Assembly (NCBI GenBank): GCA_021372555.1
Contig: JAJFUI010000062.1
Coordinates: 157 to 64,156 of the forward strand
Source of the DNA: Planctomycetaceae bacterium
GTDB taxonomy: Bacteria; Planctomycetota; Planctomycetia; Pirellulales; Thermoguttaceae
Direction: 5' to 3'
DNA: 64,000 nt
Shown: positions 36,965 to 46,796 of the stretch, piece by piece
Layout of the letters: each line of letters starts with the position of its first letter
Numbering within the stretch: the stretch's first letter is position 1
Notes under the pieces: model-generated
What the model was told of the DNA's origin: nothing
Databases searched by the model: none
The model's input: the letters and a program-made list of their open reading frames with translations, nothing else
Position numbers and translations under genes: made by a program

Positions 36965-37300
36965 CTACTGTTCGGCGTTGCGGCGCGCGGCCCACTGCTT
37001 TTCCATCGCCGTGCCGAGGGCCTCTTCGGCCTCGGGCAGCCGGCCGGCCCGCTGGCAGGTGAGGCTCATCGCCATGTAGCTGAAGGAGTCGTCGGGTTCG
37101 AGTTCGCAAACCTTCCGAGCTTGCTCGATGGCCTCGTCCTGGCGGTTCAGCTTGCCGTAGAAAACGCTCAGCGCCGCATGAGCCAACGCATAGTCGGGAT
37201 GCTCGGCCGCGAGTGCTTCCAGCTTGCTGACCGCCTCGTCCAGCTTTCCCGCTTGCTGCAGGGCAATGGCTTCATCATACGCTTCGTGAACGGTCGGCAT
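36965..37300 (-). CDS. Small TPR-repeat protein
   Basis: Start set at MPTVHEAYDEAIALQQAGKLDEAV (ATG 37300). Three TPR-like A..Y..A..L.P units. Confidence 0.6.
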   Translation of the reverse strand: MPTVHEAYDEAIALQQAGKLDEAVSKLEALAAEHPDYALAHAALSVFYGKLNRQDEAIEQARKVCELEPDDSFSYMAMSLTCQRAGRLPEAEEALGTAMEKQWAARRNAEQ

Positions 37301-37421
37301 CTGAAAACTCCCGGTTGAGAATAATGACAACACCTTAGTGTAGCCGCCGAACGCCTTGCGGGAAAGACGCCAGGGCGTCGTTGGACACCGCTGGCCGACG
37401 AGTTCGCTCAGCGGCGCTACG

Positions 37422-37682
37422 CTACTTGCCGATCTGCGACATCGGGATGGCTTCGTCGGCCAACACGATGGGGATATCGGCAACGACCGGATAAAGGAGC
37501 GAGTTGTCGGCGCGGATCAATCCGCCGTCGAGTGGCTGATCGAGCAGCCGGCCCGCCTGATTCTTCACGGTGCCCGCTCGAATAGCGTCGTTGACGCGAG
37601 CGATGACTTGGTCGCTTGCGACACCCAGTGGGGTGCGGTCGGTCGGGCAGACGAGCCTCTGAACCAGCTTTTTGTCGATCAT
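37422..37682 (-). CDS. Trm112/UPF0434-family small protein
   Basis: MIDKKLVQRLVCPTDRTPL...LLYPVVADIPIVLADEAI is the typical Trm112-like pattern. ATG at 37682. Confidence 0.7.
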   Translation of the reverse strand: MIDKKLVQRLVCPTDRTPLGVASDQVIARVNDAIRAGTVKNQAGRLLDQPLDGGLIRADNSLLYPVVADIPIVLADEAIPMSQIGK

Positions 37683-37683
37683 G

Positions 37684-37980
37684 TCACGCCGTCGGCGAGG
37701 CGCTGCGCGATCGGCGACGAGCCGGCTTTGCCGCACTCCAGTCCTTGGTCAGCGTTTCGAAGACCTCGGGCGACTCGTAGCGGATGACGTTCTTGCCTTC
37801 CGGCATGGGGCCGACCAGTCCGCGGAAGACGGGCAGTCCCCGCAACGCCAAATCGGTGCTGCAATCGTCGACGCCGACCTGGCAGTGCCGCTTCAGCAGG
37901 GCCTCCTGGCTATCATAGTCCCGGATGCGAATCTGCCCATCAGCCCCGCGGGTAACGACGCGAAACGTGTCTTTTTGCAT
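37684..37980 (-). CDS. Hypothetical small protein
   Basis: 98-aa ORF abutting the Trm112-like gene (1-nt gap), with coding-like codon usage. No motif recognised. Confidence 0.45.
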   Translation of the reverse strand: MQKDTFRVVTRGADGQIRIRDYDSQEALLKRHCQVGVDDCSTDLALRGLPVFRGLVGPMPEGKNVIRYESPEVFETLTKDWSAAKPARRRSRSASPTA

Positions 37981-38357
37981 CGACGTTGCTCCTTATGCTC
38001 CCAGGAGGCTATCGGCTGCGTCAACCTTTTGGCCCGAAACAATTTCGGCGCGTCGCCATAGGCAGAGCATCCACCCGAACCGGCAGATTTCGCGCGGCAG
38101 CCATTGTCGCTACGACGGGCTACGAAATGGCTATGGGAAGTGGCAGCGGCCTGCCAACGGCGGCAGTAGCTGCCCTCGCTAGCGTTACACTCGAGGACCG
38201 CGTCAATTCGGTCGAGCCGACGTTTCGGATCGCACGGCATTTGCGGGCTCCAGCGGTGGAACGGCCTGCCGCTTGCCACTTGGCCATCGAGTCCCCACCT
38301 TGCTATCCACTATGCAACGGGGTAACCTAATGGACTTACACTTGGGTGCCGGCAACG

Positions 38358-39602
38358 ATGGCAGAGCAGCGGGACGAGCAACGGATCGTTATTACAGGCG
38401 TCGGGCTTACCGCGCCGAATGGGAATTCTCTGCCCGAGTTTCGTCAGGCGCTGCTGGAGGGACGCAGCGGCGTCACCGCCTACGAGACCAGGTACTTTGG
38501 CCCCACCCTGGCGGGGGTGTGCAACTTCGACGAGCTCCGCTATCAGAAGCGGAAAGAGGTTCGTCGCGGTACGCGGGCCGGCGGCATCGGGATCTTCTGC
38601 TCCCACGAGGCCATCAACGACTCGTGCCTTGACTGGGCGAACATCGACCGGTCCCGGGTCGGCATCTACGTGGGCGTCACCGAGCACGGGAACGTCGAGA
38701 CCGAGAACGAGATCTATCTGCTCAAGGGCTTCGACTACGACACCCAGTATTGGTCCCACCACCACAACCCGCGAACGGTGGCGAACAATCCGGCCGGCGA
38801 GATTTCGCTGAACCTTGGGATCACTGGACCGCACTACACACTGGGGGCCGCTTGCGCCGCAGGCAATGCCGGCATTATCCAGGGTGTGCAGATGCTCCGC
38901 CTCGGCGATTGCGACCTTGCGCTCTGCGGCGGCGTTTCCGAGAGCATTCACACGTTTGGCATCTTTGCCAGCTTCCACAGCCAGGGGGCGCTGGCGAAGC
39001 ACGCGGAACCGGCCAAGGCGTCCCGCCCGTTCGACATCGATCGCAACGGCATTGTCGTGGCTGAGGGCGGCTGCATGTTCATTCTCGAGCGGCTGACCGA
39101 CGCACGTCGCCGCGGCGCGAAGATTTATGGCGAAGTCGCCGGCTACGCCATGAACAGCGATGCGACCGACTTCGTCTTGCCCGACCCGGGACGCCAGGCG
39201 GAATGTATTCAGTTGGCGTTGCGCCGCGCCGGGATGACTCGGGAGGCGATCAGCATCGTGAATACCCATGCCACGAGCACTTCATCGGGCGATGCCCAGG
39301 AGTGCGAGGCGTTGCGCCGCGTCTGGGGCGACAACGGGCATCACACCCTGTTCAACAACACGAAAAGTTTTATCGGCCACGCGATGGGCGCCGCCGGCGC
39401 TCTGGAATTGGCCGGAAACCTCCCCGCCTTCCAGGACGGCGTCTGCCACGCTACGATCAATGTCGATCGGCTGGATCCCCAGTGCGAGTTGCCTGGGCTG
39501 GTGATCAACCAACCTCGCCAAACCGCCCGGATCGACGCCATCTTGAACAACTCGTTCGGGATGCTAGGAATCAACTCCGTGGTAATCGTTCGACGAATGT
39601 AG
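38358..39602 (+). CDS. Beta-ketoacyl-ACP synthase I/II family enzyme (accessory cluster)
   Basis: Cys-His-His triad contexts: TLGAACAAG, NTHATSTSSGD, KSFIGHAMGAAG. ATG at 38358; GTG at 38346 is possible. Confidence 0.9.
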   Translation: MAEQRDEQRIVITGVGLTAPNGNSLPEFRQALLEGRSGVTAYETRYFGPTLAGVCNFDELRYQKRKEVRRGTRAGGIGIFCSHEAINDSCLDWANIDRSRVGIYVGVTEHGNVETENEIYLLKGFDYDTQYWSHHHNPRTVANNPAGEISLNLGITGPHYTLGAACAAGNAGIIQGVQMLRLGDCDLALCGGVSESIHTFGIFASFHSQGALAKHAEPAKASRPFDIDRNGIVVAEGGCMFILERLTDARRRGAKIYGEVAGYAMNSDATDFVLPDPGRQAECIQLALRRAGMTREAISIVNTHATSTSSGDAQECEALRRVWGDNGHHTLFNNTKSFIGHAMGAAGALELAGNLPAFQDGVCHATINVDRLDPQCELPGLVINQPRQTARIDAILNNSFGMLGINSVVIVRRM

Positions 39603-39689
39603 TCTGTGAGCAGCGCGAGTTGCTAGCGACGCGCCGAGCGCTTACTTTCCGAATTTTGACTATCGATCTCTGACCTTTGACTTCCGATT

Positions 39690-39947
39690 ATGACCGCCGC
39701 TGACATCCGAGTCGCTATCCTCGACATCCTTCACGACATTGCGCCCGACGAAGATTTGAGCGGCCTGAAGGAAGACGTGCCGTTTCGCGAACAGCTCGAG
39801 CTGGACAGCATGGATTTTCTGGACATCGTCATGGAGCTTCGCAAGCGATACCGCGTGCAGATACCGGAAAACGAATATACCGAGCTGGCCAGCATGGGCA
39901 GTACCGTGCGGTATCTCGAGCCGCGGATGAAGGACATCGCAAAGTAG
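39690..39947 (+). CDS. Acyl carrier protein (accessory cluster)
   Basis: 85 aa with the phosphopantetheine site LELDSMDFLDIVMEL. Confidence 0.85.
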   Translation: MTAADIRVAILDILHDIAPDEDLSGLKEDVPFREQLELDSMDFLDIVMELRKRYRVQIPENEYTELASMGSTVRYLEPRMKDIAK

Positions 39948-40018
39948 TCGTTGCCGCTGGGCGACATTGGGCGTTTGCCTGAGACCTGGCTGCTAATCCC
40001 CGAGTTTCGCGCCCCACC

Positions 40019-41389
40019 ATGTACGACACCATCATCATCGGCGCGGGCATGTCGGGATTGGCCGCCGGTGTGCGGCTGGCGCATTTCGGCCGGCGCGTGT
40101 GCATCCTTGAACGCCACAGGGCGATCGGCGGACTCAACTCGTTCTACAAGCAGCGCGGCCGGACCTACGACGTCGGACTGCATGCGATCACCAACTTCGT
40201 CCCAAAGGGCACCCGCACCGGCCCTCTGGCCAAGCTCTTTCGGCAGCTCCGGGTGGCCTGGGAGGACTGGGCGCTGGCGCCACAGCTTGGCTCGGCGATC
40301 ATCTTCCCCAACGCGATATTGCAGTTCTCGAACAGCATCGAAGTGCTCGAATCGGAGATCCGCCTGCGATTTCCGAAACAGATCGACAACTTCCGTCGAC
40401 TGATCGCCTCGCTGCACGACTACGGCCAGTTTGGTCAGTCGGGCGCGAACCGCTCGACCCGGAAAGTGATTGGCGAGATTATCAGCGATCCACTGCTGGC
40501 CGAAATGATCCTTTGTCCGGTTCTGTTTTACGGCGGGGCTCGTGAGCACGACATCGAGTTCGACCAGTTCAGCATACTCTTCCGGTCGATTTTTCTCGAA
40601 GGGCTGGCACGACCGCTGGCCGGCATCCAACGGATCCTCAAAATGCTCGCCAGTCGCTTCAAGGAGCACGGCGGCGAGTTGCGACTCCGGGCGGGCGTCG
40701 CCAAGATCGCGGTCAAAGGCGATTCGGTCGAGAAGGTTATCCTGGAGGACGGCTCAGAACTGGAAGCCCGCAACGTCCTCTCGTCGGCCGGGTTTGCCGA
40801 GACGATGCGGCTCTGCAACGAGAGCCAGCCGGACGACCAGCCGGACGGCCGCATTTCCATCGTCGAGTCGATCTCCGTGCTCAATGCGCCGCCTCGCAGC
40901 CTGGGCTACGACCGGACGATCGTCTTTTACAACGATTCCGAGACGTTCCACTACGAAAAGCCGGAAGAGCTGATCGACCTGCGGAGCGGGACTGTCTGCT
41001 CGCCCAACAACTTCGCCTATCCCGAGCCGCTGGACGAAGGAGTTATGCGGATCACGTCGCTGGCCAACTACGAACGTTGGGCATCGCTCGACAAGGAATC
41101 GTACCGGCAAGCAAAACGCGACTGGTACGAGAAGCTAGTCGCTTCGGCCATCCGTTTCGTGCCGGACTTCCGTGCGGCAGTCATCGAGACCGATGTCTTT
41201 ACGCCGCGGACCATCCACCGATTCACCGGTCACGCGGAAGGCGCCTTGTATGGCGCCGCCCAAAAGCGCCACGATGGGACCTCGCACTTGAAGAATCTAT
41301 TCATCTGCGGGAACGACCAGGGCTTGGTCGGCATCGTCGGCGCGATCATCAGCGGCATTAGCATCGCCAACCAGCACTTGCTGAAGTGA
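40019..41389 (+). CDS. FAD-dependent oxidoreductase, phytoene desaturase (CrtI)-like, copy 1
   Basis: N-terminal dinucleotide fold MYDTIIIGAGMSGLAAGVRLAHFGRRVCILE. The C-terminal FICGNDQG...GIVGAIISG is typical of the amine-oxidase/CrtI superfamily. Confidence 0.8.
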   Translation: MYDTIIIGAGMSGLAAGVRLAHFGRRVCILERHRAIGGLNSFYKQRGRTYDVGLHAITNFVPKGTRTGPLAKLFRQLRVAWEDWALAPQLGSAIIFPNAILQFSNSIEVLESEIRLRFPKQIDNFRRLIASLHDYGQFGQSGANRSTRKVIGEIISDPLLAEMILCPVLFYGGAREHDIEFDQFSILFRSIFLEGLARPLAGIQRILKMLASRFKEHGGELRLRAGVAKIAVKGDSVEKVILEDGSELEARNVLSSAGFAETMRLCNESQPDDQPDGRISIVESISVLNAPPRSLGYDRTIVFYNDSETFHYEKPEELIDLRSGTVCSPNNFAYPEPLDEGVMRITSLANYERWASLDKESYRQAKRDWYEKLVASAIRFVPDFRAAVIETDVFTPRTIHRFTGHAEGALYGAAQKRHDGTSHLKNLFICGNDQGLVGIVGAIISGISIANQHLLK

Positions 41390-41749
41390 TGGTCCGCTCC
41401 TTAAGCTGCGCGACGGCCATATTTTCCGCGGCGATTCTGCCGGTTGCCGGCGATTCACGTCTTCGGCGGTTCTTGACGGTCGGCTCCTGTCGCCGATAAG
41501 ATGGGGAGCAGCGCGAACAAGAGTACAGAGTTCATGTTTTCTCCTTTTCGCCGCCAGTTGCGGCGATCAGACGTCAACGGACCTAGGAATCACTTTGCCT
41601 AACTCTAAGAACAGGCATGGATGCCATCGCGCCCCCTAGCCTAGGTGGTCAGCGATTGTCCGTCTCGAGTGACAGCAAGAGCGGCAAAAAGGCGGACGCA
41701 GAAACAAGTCCCGCCTCATCACTTCCCCCCACGACCAGCACCACGCTTC

Positions 41750-43177
41750 ATGGCTACGCACCAGCCGCAAGACCTTCGTGAGCATTACGACGTCGTTGTC
41801 ATCGGCGGCGGACTGGGCGGCATGACCGCCGCTAACGTGCTGGCCAGGGCCGGGCGCTCCGTGCTGCTGGCTGAGCAGCACCACAAGCTTGGTGGGCTGG
41901 CCACCTGGTTCCATCGGGGCAAGAGCGTCTTCGACGTCGCGCTGCATGGCTTCCCCGTCGGCATGATCAAGAGTTGCCGGCGCTATTGGACCAGCGAGAT
42001 CGCCGACTCAATCGTGCAGTTGAAGGACATTCGTTTCGACAATCCGATGTTCTCGCTTTCGACCACATTCGACCGCGGCGACTTCACGCGGCTGTTGGTC
42101 GAACGGTTCAAGGTGCCGGCGGCCAACGTCGAGCGATTCTTCGACGCCGCGCGGACCATGAACTTCTACGACGATCAGGCGACCACGGCTGGGCAGCTCT
42201 TCGAGCGGTTCTTTCCCGGCCGCGATGACGTCGTGCGGCTGCTGATGGAGCCGATTACCTACGCCAACGGCTCGACGCTGGAAGACCCGGCGCTGACCTA
42301 CGGGATCGTGTTCTCCAACTTCATGTCGAAGGGCGTCTACACGTTCCGCGGCGGCACCGAGCACCTGATCCGGCTCATGCAGCAGGACCTGAGGCGAAGC
42401 GGCGTCGACGTTCGCACGCGATGTCCAGTCGAGAAGGTCCATGTCTCTGCGGCGAAAAAAGTGGCGGCGGTGACGCTCGACGGGAAGCGGGTTGCTGCAA
42501 GTGCCGTGATTTCCAACGCCAACCTGCTCGGCACGGTCTTCAATCTGGTCGGCTCGGAGCAGTGGGACGCCGACTTTCTCGAACAAGCCAAGGCGGTGCG
42601 GCTGAACAATTCGAGCACTCAGGTCTACATGGCCCTGAAGCCCGAGATGCCGCTTGAGGAGAGCCAGTGCGGCGATCTGCTCTTTAGCTCGACCGCGCCG
42701 GCGTTTCGCACGGAAATGCTGCTGAGCCGTGATGTGACCAGCCGTACGTATTCGTTCTACTACCCCCAGAGCCGGCCAGGGCTTGACCGCTGCATCGTCG
42801 TGGCGAGCACGAACGCGAACTACGCGGACTGGTCCGGGCTGTCGAAGGACGAGTACAAGGCGGGCAAGCAGCATCTCATCGAGGACACGCTTCGCGCGAT
42901 TGAAAAATACGTGCCGGACATCCGTGAGCGGCTTGATTACGTCGAGGCGGCCACGCCGCTCACGTTCGAACGCTACACGCGGCATCTTCAGGGTGCAAGC
43001 TTCGGCACGAAGTTCGAGGGCTTGGCCGTTAGCAAGGCATTGCCGGAGCAGATCGCCGGACTGTACCATACCGGCAGCGTCGGCATCATCATGTCCGGCT
43101 GGCTCGGGGCCGTGAACTACGGCGTGATTGTCGCCAATGATGTGGATGCATGGCTGATGAAGGGTGGCGGGGGTTAA
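41750..43177 (+). CDS. FAD-dependent oxidoreductase, phytoene desaturase (CrtI)-like, copy 2
   Basis: Start set at [43 protein letters not shown] (ATG 41750). C-terminal [18 protein letters not shown]. Confidence 0.8.
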   Translation: MATHQPQDLREHYDVVVIGGGLGGMTAANVLARAGRSVLLAEQHHKLGGLATWFHRGKSVFDVALHGFPVGMIKSCRRYWTSEIADSIVQLKDIRFDNPMFSLSTTFDRGDFTRLLVERFKVPAANVERFFDAARTMNFYDDQATTAGQLFERFFPGRDDVVRLLMEPITYANGSTLEDPALTYGIVFSNFMSKGVYTFRGGTEHLIRLMQQDLRRSGVDVRTRCPVEKVHVSAAKKVAAVTLDGKRVAASAVISNANLLGTVFNLVGSEQWDADFLEQAKAVRLNNSSTQVYMALKPEMPLEESQCGDLLFSSTAPAFRTEMLLSRDVTSRTYSFYYPQSRPGLDRCIVVASTNANYADWSGLSKDEYKAGKQHLIEDTLRAIEKYVPDIRERLDYVEAATPLTFERYTRHLQGASFGTKFEGLAVSKALPEQIAGLYHTGSVGIIMSGWLGAVNYGVIVANDVDAWLMKGGGG

Positions 43178-43186
43178 GGACTGGTC

Positions 43187-43220
43187 CCCTCTCCCTTTGG
43201 GAGAGGGTTAGGGTGAGGGC
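43187..43220. repeat. REP-like GC-rich hairpin element
   Basis: CCCTCTCCC (43187-43195), loop TTT, GGGAGAGGG (43199-43207), followed by TTAGGGTGAGGGC. Sits 10 nt after the stop of the CrtI-like gene. I recall near-identical elements in intergenic regions of many GC-rich genomes, but have not verified this. Could serve as a terminator. Confidence 0.6.
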
Positions 43221-43304
43221 GGCAGTCGCGGAAACCCGCACATTTGGTCGGGAATGGCGGAATCAGTCGCGGATCGGGTACAGACAAATCAACGGAGTCT
43301 GCCG

Positions 43305-44069
43305 ATGAAAAGACACATCCTTGCCCTGCCCGCCCTTGCCTTGCTCGTGCATATACTCGGTGCGCCCGAGGCGGTAGCGAAGGACATGGAGTCGGACTAT
43401 CGCGAACTTGTTAAGAATCTTGCCAGCCCGAACACACCGATCAAGTGCGACAACGAGGAGGGCACTCTTAGCATTCCCCCAAACTATGACTGGAAGGCTC
43501 AGAAACGAATTGAGAAGAATCGGCGGATACTATTCGACCACTGTGATGAGGCGTTGCCTTTACTGATTGAAGGTTGTACCGATGCTAGATACTCGCTGAC
43601 ATCACCGTGGGCCGAAGACCACGTCTATAGTTGGTGCGTAGGGGAGGTTTGCTTGGATATCGTCGCGACACGTGTCGAGGTTTTCCGCGAGCAAATGCGT
43701 TTTAGTCTTCCTGCCTGGCATCGGTACAGCTTCGTCCCGAGGCTTCATGCGGCCATCGGCAAGAACGTAACAGAAAAGAAGAAAAAGGAGATTCGCGATT
43801 GGTGGCAAAAGCGCAAGGGCAAGTCGGTTCGTGACCTTCAGATCGAGGCGTTCGACTGGGCCATAAAGAAGCGAACGAACGAATTCGCGTCGGCCGTCGG
43901 CGAGCAACGCTCCACAATGTCTGACGAGGTGCAGAAATTGACAGCCACACGCGATCGCCTTCACCGCAGTAACAAGAGCCTGCCGCCCGAAAACGTCTCG
44001 CTGCCCGTCCTGTCGCCCAAAGGCTACAACGGTTTCAGAGTCATCCCCTGGGATGATGGGCGGAATTGA
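43305..44069 (+). CDS. Secreted hypothetical protein in a lower-GC patch
   Basis: Signal peptide MKRHILALPALALLVHILGAPEAVA (ATG 43305). Lys-rich. A 120-nt sample at 43441-43560 counts about 50% GC, against about 63% in a 60-nt sample at 42241-42300. Confidence 0.55.
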   Translation: MKRHILALPALALLVHILGAPEAVAKDMESDYRELVKNLASPNTPIKCDNEEGTLSIPPNYDWKAQKRIEKNRRILFDHCDEALPLLIEGCTDARYSLTSPWAEDHVYSWCVGEVCLDIVATRVEVFREQMRFSLPAWHRYSFVPRLHAAIGKNVTEKKKKEIRDWWQKRKGKSVRDLQIEAFDWAIKKRTNEFASAVGEQRSTMSDEVQKLTATRDRLHRSNKSLPPENVSLPVLSPKGYNGFRVIPWDDGRN

Positions 44070-44159
44070 TTGGACATCGCCGATTCGCGAGCCAAGGGGT
44101 TTCCCTAGACTGCCGCGGACGGCTAGCATTTGGATGTAAGACCTGTGCTGGAGTGGATC

Positions 44160-44621
44160 ATGACACGCCAAGAAATTCTCGCCGCCATTCCGCACCGCGA
44201 TCCGTTCCTGCTGGTCGACGAGATCACCGAGCGTTCCGACACGCGGATTGTCGGCTGCAAGACCTTCCGCGGCGACGAATGGTTCTTCGCCGGGCACTAT
44301 CCCGATTTCCCGCTCGTCCCCGGCGTGTTTTTGTGCGAAGCGGCGATGCAGTGCGGCGCCATCCTCCTCTCCCATCTCCTCTCGGGAGATGCATCGGAGC
44401 CGAAGTCCATGGATGGCAGGGTGCCCGTGGCTACCCGGATGAACGATGTCCGCTTCAGACGGATGGTACGTCCCGGCGAAAAGATCGTGATGGAAGTTGA
44501 ACTTACCGATAGGTTGGCCGACGCCTTTTTCCTGAAGGCCAGGGCCATCGTTGAGGGAAAGGTCGCCGTTCGATTCGAGTTTGCTTGCACGGCGGCCGAA
44601 CGTAAGGAGGCGACAACGTGA
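44160..44621 (+). CDS. 3-hydroxyacyl-ACP dehydratase, FabZ/FabA-like (accessory cluster)
   Basis: IPHRDPFLLVDEI, GHYPDFPLVPGVFLCEAAMQ (catalytic His and Glu contexts). ATG at 44160; TTG at 44130 is possible. Confidence 0.85.
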   Translation: MTRQEILAAIPHRDPFLLVDEITERSDTRIVGCKTFRGDEWFFAGHYPDFPLVPGVFLCEAAMQCGAILLSHLLSGDASEPKSMDGRVPVATRMNDVRFRRMVRPGEKIVMEVELTDRLADAFFLKARAIVEGKVAVRFEFACTAAERKEATT

Positions 44622-45793
44622 TTCCGGAAAATGCAGTTGGCACTCGAGGCGTCGCTATGATCCTGGTCCCGCTTGCCCGACTTTGTCGTCGTTTTCTCCA
44701 CTCCGCGGCGATCGCGCTGACGTTGAGCGTGCTGATGTTTGCAGTCGCCAGCGTTGCCGCCGCGGCAAACCCGGAGATCGCGACCCAGCTTCTCGTCACG
44801 GCCGCGAAGCAGCACCCTAGAAACGGCGAGGCGGACATTCTTCCGCTGCGCAACGGCGACTTGTTGCTCGTCTACGGTCGGTGGAGCGGCGACGGCGGGA
44901 AGCTCGGCAGCGATTTTGGACCTGCGGAGCTTAGGAGCAAGACCTCGCACGACGGAGGCAAGACGTGGGCCGAGGATCGGCTCGTCGTCGGCAACGAGGG
45001 CAAGGTCACCACGTTCGAGGCCGGTCTGCTGCGTCTGAACAACGGCGGGATTCTTCTGAGCTACTGCGTCAAGGACTCCGCCGAAGACTGCTCGATCTGC
45101 TTCCGAAGGTCGCTCGATGAAGGCCGGACCTGGTCTGATCGATACAAATACCGAATCCCGACGGAAAAGGGCTACACCGGCTACACGGCGCAGAACAATG
45201 CCCGGCTGATTCGCCTCCGCAACGGCCGAATTCTGTTGCCGGCCTTCGACGGATGGGTGCGCGGCGCGATTATTCGGAGTTTTGTTCTATACTCTGACGA
45301 TGACGGAGCGAGCTGGAAAAAGGGGGGCGACATCGACATTCGCGACATTGCGCCCCACAACACATTCGGCGCCGACGAGCCCGCGGTCGTTGCACTGAAA
45401 GACGGCCGCGTGATGATGATCATCCGCACCAATATGGGGTTCATGGCTAAGTCATACAGCGCCGACGGCGGCCTGACATGGGGGAAGCCTGAACCGATTC
45501 GCGGGCTTGTTTCTCCAAACTCGCCGGCCAGCGTCAAACGGATTCCACAGACGGGCGACTTGCTGTTGGTTTGGAACAACAGCAAGACCGAGGATCGGCG
45601 ACCGCTGAATTCGGCGGTATCGAAGGACGACGGGAGCACGTGGCAGAATATTCGGTCCATCGATACGGAAGGCGGTTGTTACACCAGCATCACGCCTGTT
45701 GGCGATCGCATGGTCCTGACGTACTACCGCGGATCGTCCGGCGACCTGAAGCAGGCCTCGATTGACTATCGATGGTTCTACGGCCATGAGTGA
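44618..45793 (+). CDS. Secreted BNR-repeat (sialidase-fold, six-bladed propeller) protein
   Basis: Five Asp-box motifs: SHDGGKTW, SLDEGRTW, SDDDGASW, SADGGLTW, SKDDGSTW. N-terminal hydrophobic signal. GTG at 44618 overlaps the FabZ-like TGA (GTGA); the alternative ATG is at 44657. Confidence 0.8.
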   Translation: MIPENAVGTRGVAMILVPLARLCRRFLHSAAIALTLSVLMFAVASVAAAANPEIATQLLVTAAKQHPRNGEADILPLRNGDLLLVYGRWSGDGGKLGSDFGPAELRSKTSHDGGKTWAEDRLVVGNEGKVTTFEAGLLRLNNGGILLSYCVKDSAEDCSICFRRSLDEGRTWSDRYKYRIPTEKGYTGYTAQNNARLIRLRNGRILLPAFDGWVRGAIIRSFVLYSDDDGASWKKGGDIDIRDIAPHNTFGADEPAVVALKDGRVMMIIRTNMGFMAKSYSADGGLTWGKPEPIRGLVSPNSPASVKRIPQTGDLLLVWNNSKTEDRRPLNSAVSKDDGSTWQNIRSIDTEGGCYTSITPVGDRMVLTYYRGSSGDLKQASIDYRWFYGHE

Positions 45794-45824
45794 CGTGCCA
45801 ATTCGCAATTAACGACTTCGTTCA

Positions 45825-46625
45825 ATGGATTTTCTTCAACTCACCGGCAAATCGATTCTTATCTTCGGCGTGGCTAACCGCAAAAGCGTCGCTTGGCACA
45901 TTAGCCGCGTGCTTTGCGATGCGGGCGCCAAGTGCGTCTATGTCGTGCAAAACGACGCGGTGCGGCAGTCCGTTGCCAAGCTATTGGCCGACGAAGACGT
46001 CTACGTCTGTGACGTGGAACGCGGGGATCAGATCGAACGACTCCGAGACGAGCTAGCCAGTCGCGGTGAAAAGTTCCACGGTCTGGTTCATTCCATTGCG
46101 TTTGCCGACTACTCGGAGGGCGTCCGCCCGTTCCATGAGACATCAAAAAAGGCATTCCTGCAGGCAATCGACATTTCCTGCTTCTCGCTGGTGGCAATCA
46201 GCAACGCTATGAAGGACCTGCTCGATCCGGACGCTTCGGTGGTGACGGTCTCGATCTCGACGACGCAGATGGCCAGCGAGAGCTACGGCTACATGGCGCC
46301 GATCAAGGCCGCGCTCGACTCATCGCTGGCGTTTCTGGCAAAGTCGTTCAGCCGCTTCTCTCGGGTGCGATTCAATGCAGTGGCGCCGGGACTGTTGAAG
46401 ACATCGGCGTCGGCGGGCATTCCCGGATACGTCGACGCCTATCTGTACGCCGAACAGGTCATTCCGCGAAAGAAGGCGGTGCAGACCGAGGAAGCGGCGC
46501 AGGTCGCCGCATTCCTGCTGAGCCCGCGTTCGAGCGGCATCAACGCCCAGCGGATTGTCGTCGACGCTGGAATGTCGATCAACTATTTCGATCGCGACCT
46601 TATCGAACGGGCAATGCGGCCGTAG
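45825..46625 (+). CDS. Enoyl-ACP reductase, FabI-like SDR (accessory cluster)
   Basis: [23 protein letters not shown] (FabI-type glycine motif) and [12 protein letters not shown] (Yx6K). Confidence 0.8.
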   Translation: MDFLQLTGKSILIFGVANRKSVAWHISRVLCDAGAKCVYVVQNDAVRQSVAKLLADEDVYVCDVERGDQIERLRDELASRGEKFHGLVHSIAFADYSEGVRPFHETSKKAFLQAIDISCFSLVAISNAMKDLLDPDASVVTVSISTTQMASESYGYMAPIKAALDSSLAFLAKSFSRFSRVRFNAVAPGLLKTSASAGIPGYVDAYLYAEQVIPRKKAVQTEEAAQVAAFLLSPRSSGINAQRIVVDAGMSINYFDRDLIERAMRP

Positions 46626-46796
46626 TCAGCCGGCGTTGCGCGCGTCTAGGCGAGCGCGGCGCCGGTAGCCGACAGCAACGGTTGAAGCGAGCAACGGAAT
46701 GGCCGAGGTGTTCCCGGGGTAAGGCCATCCATGATGGCAGCCTTGCCCCCGAGACCTCCTCGGTCATCCCATTCACGCCGTGGTGATAGCCGGGTT

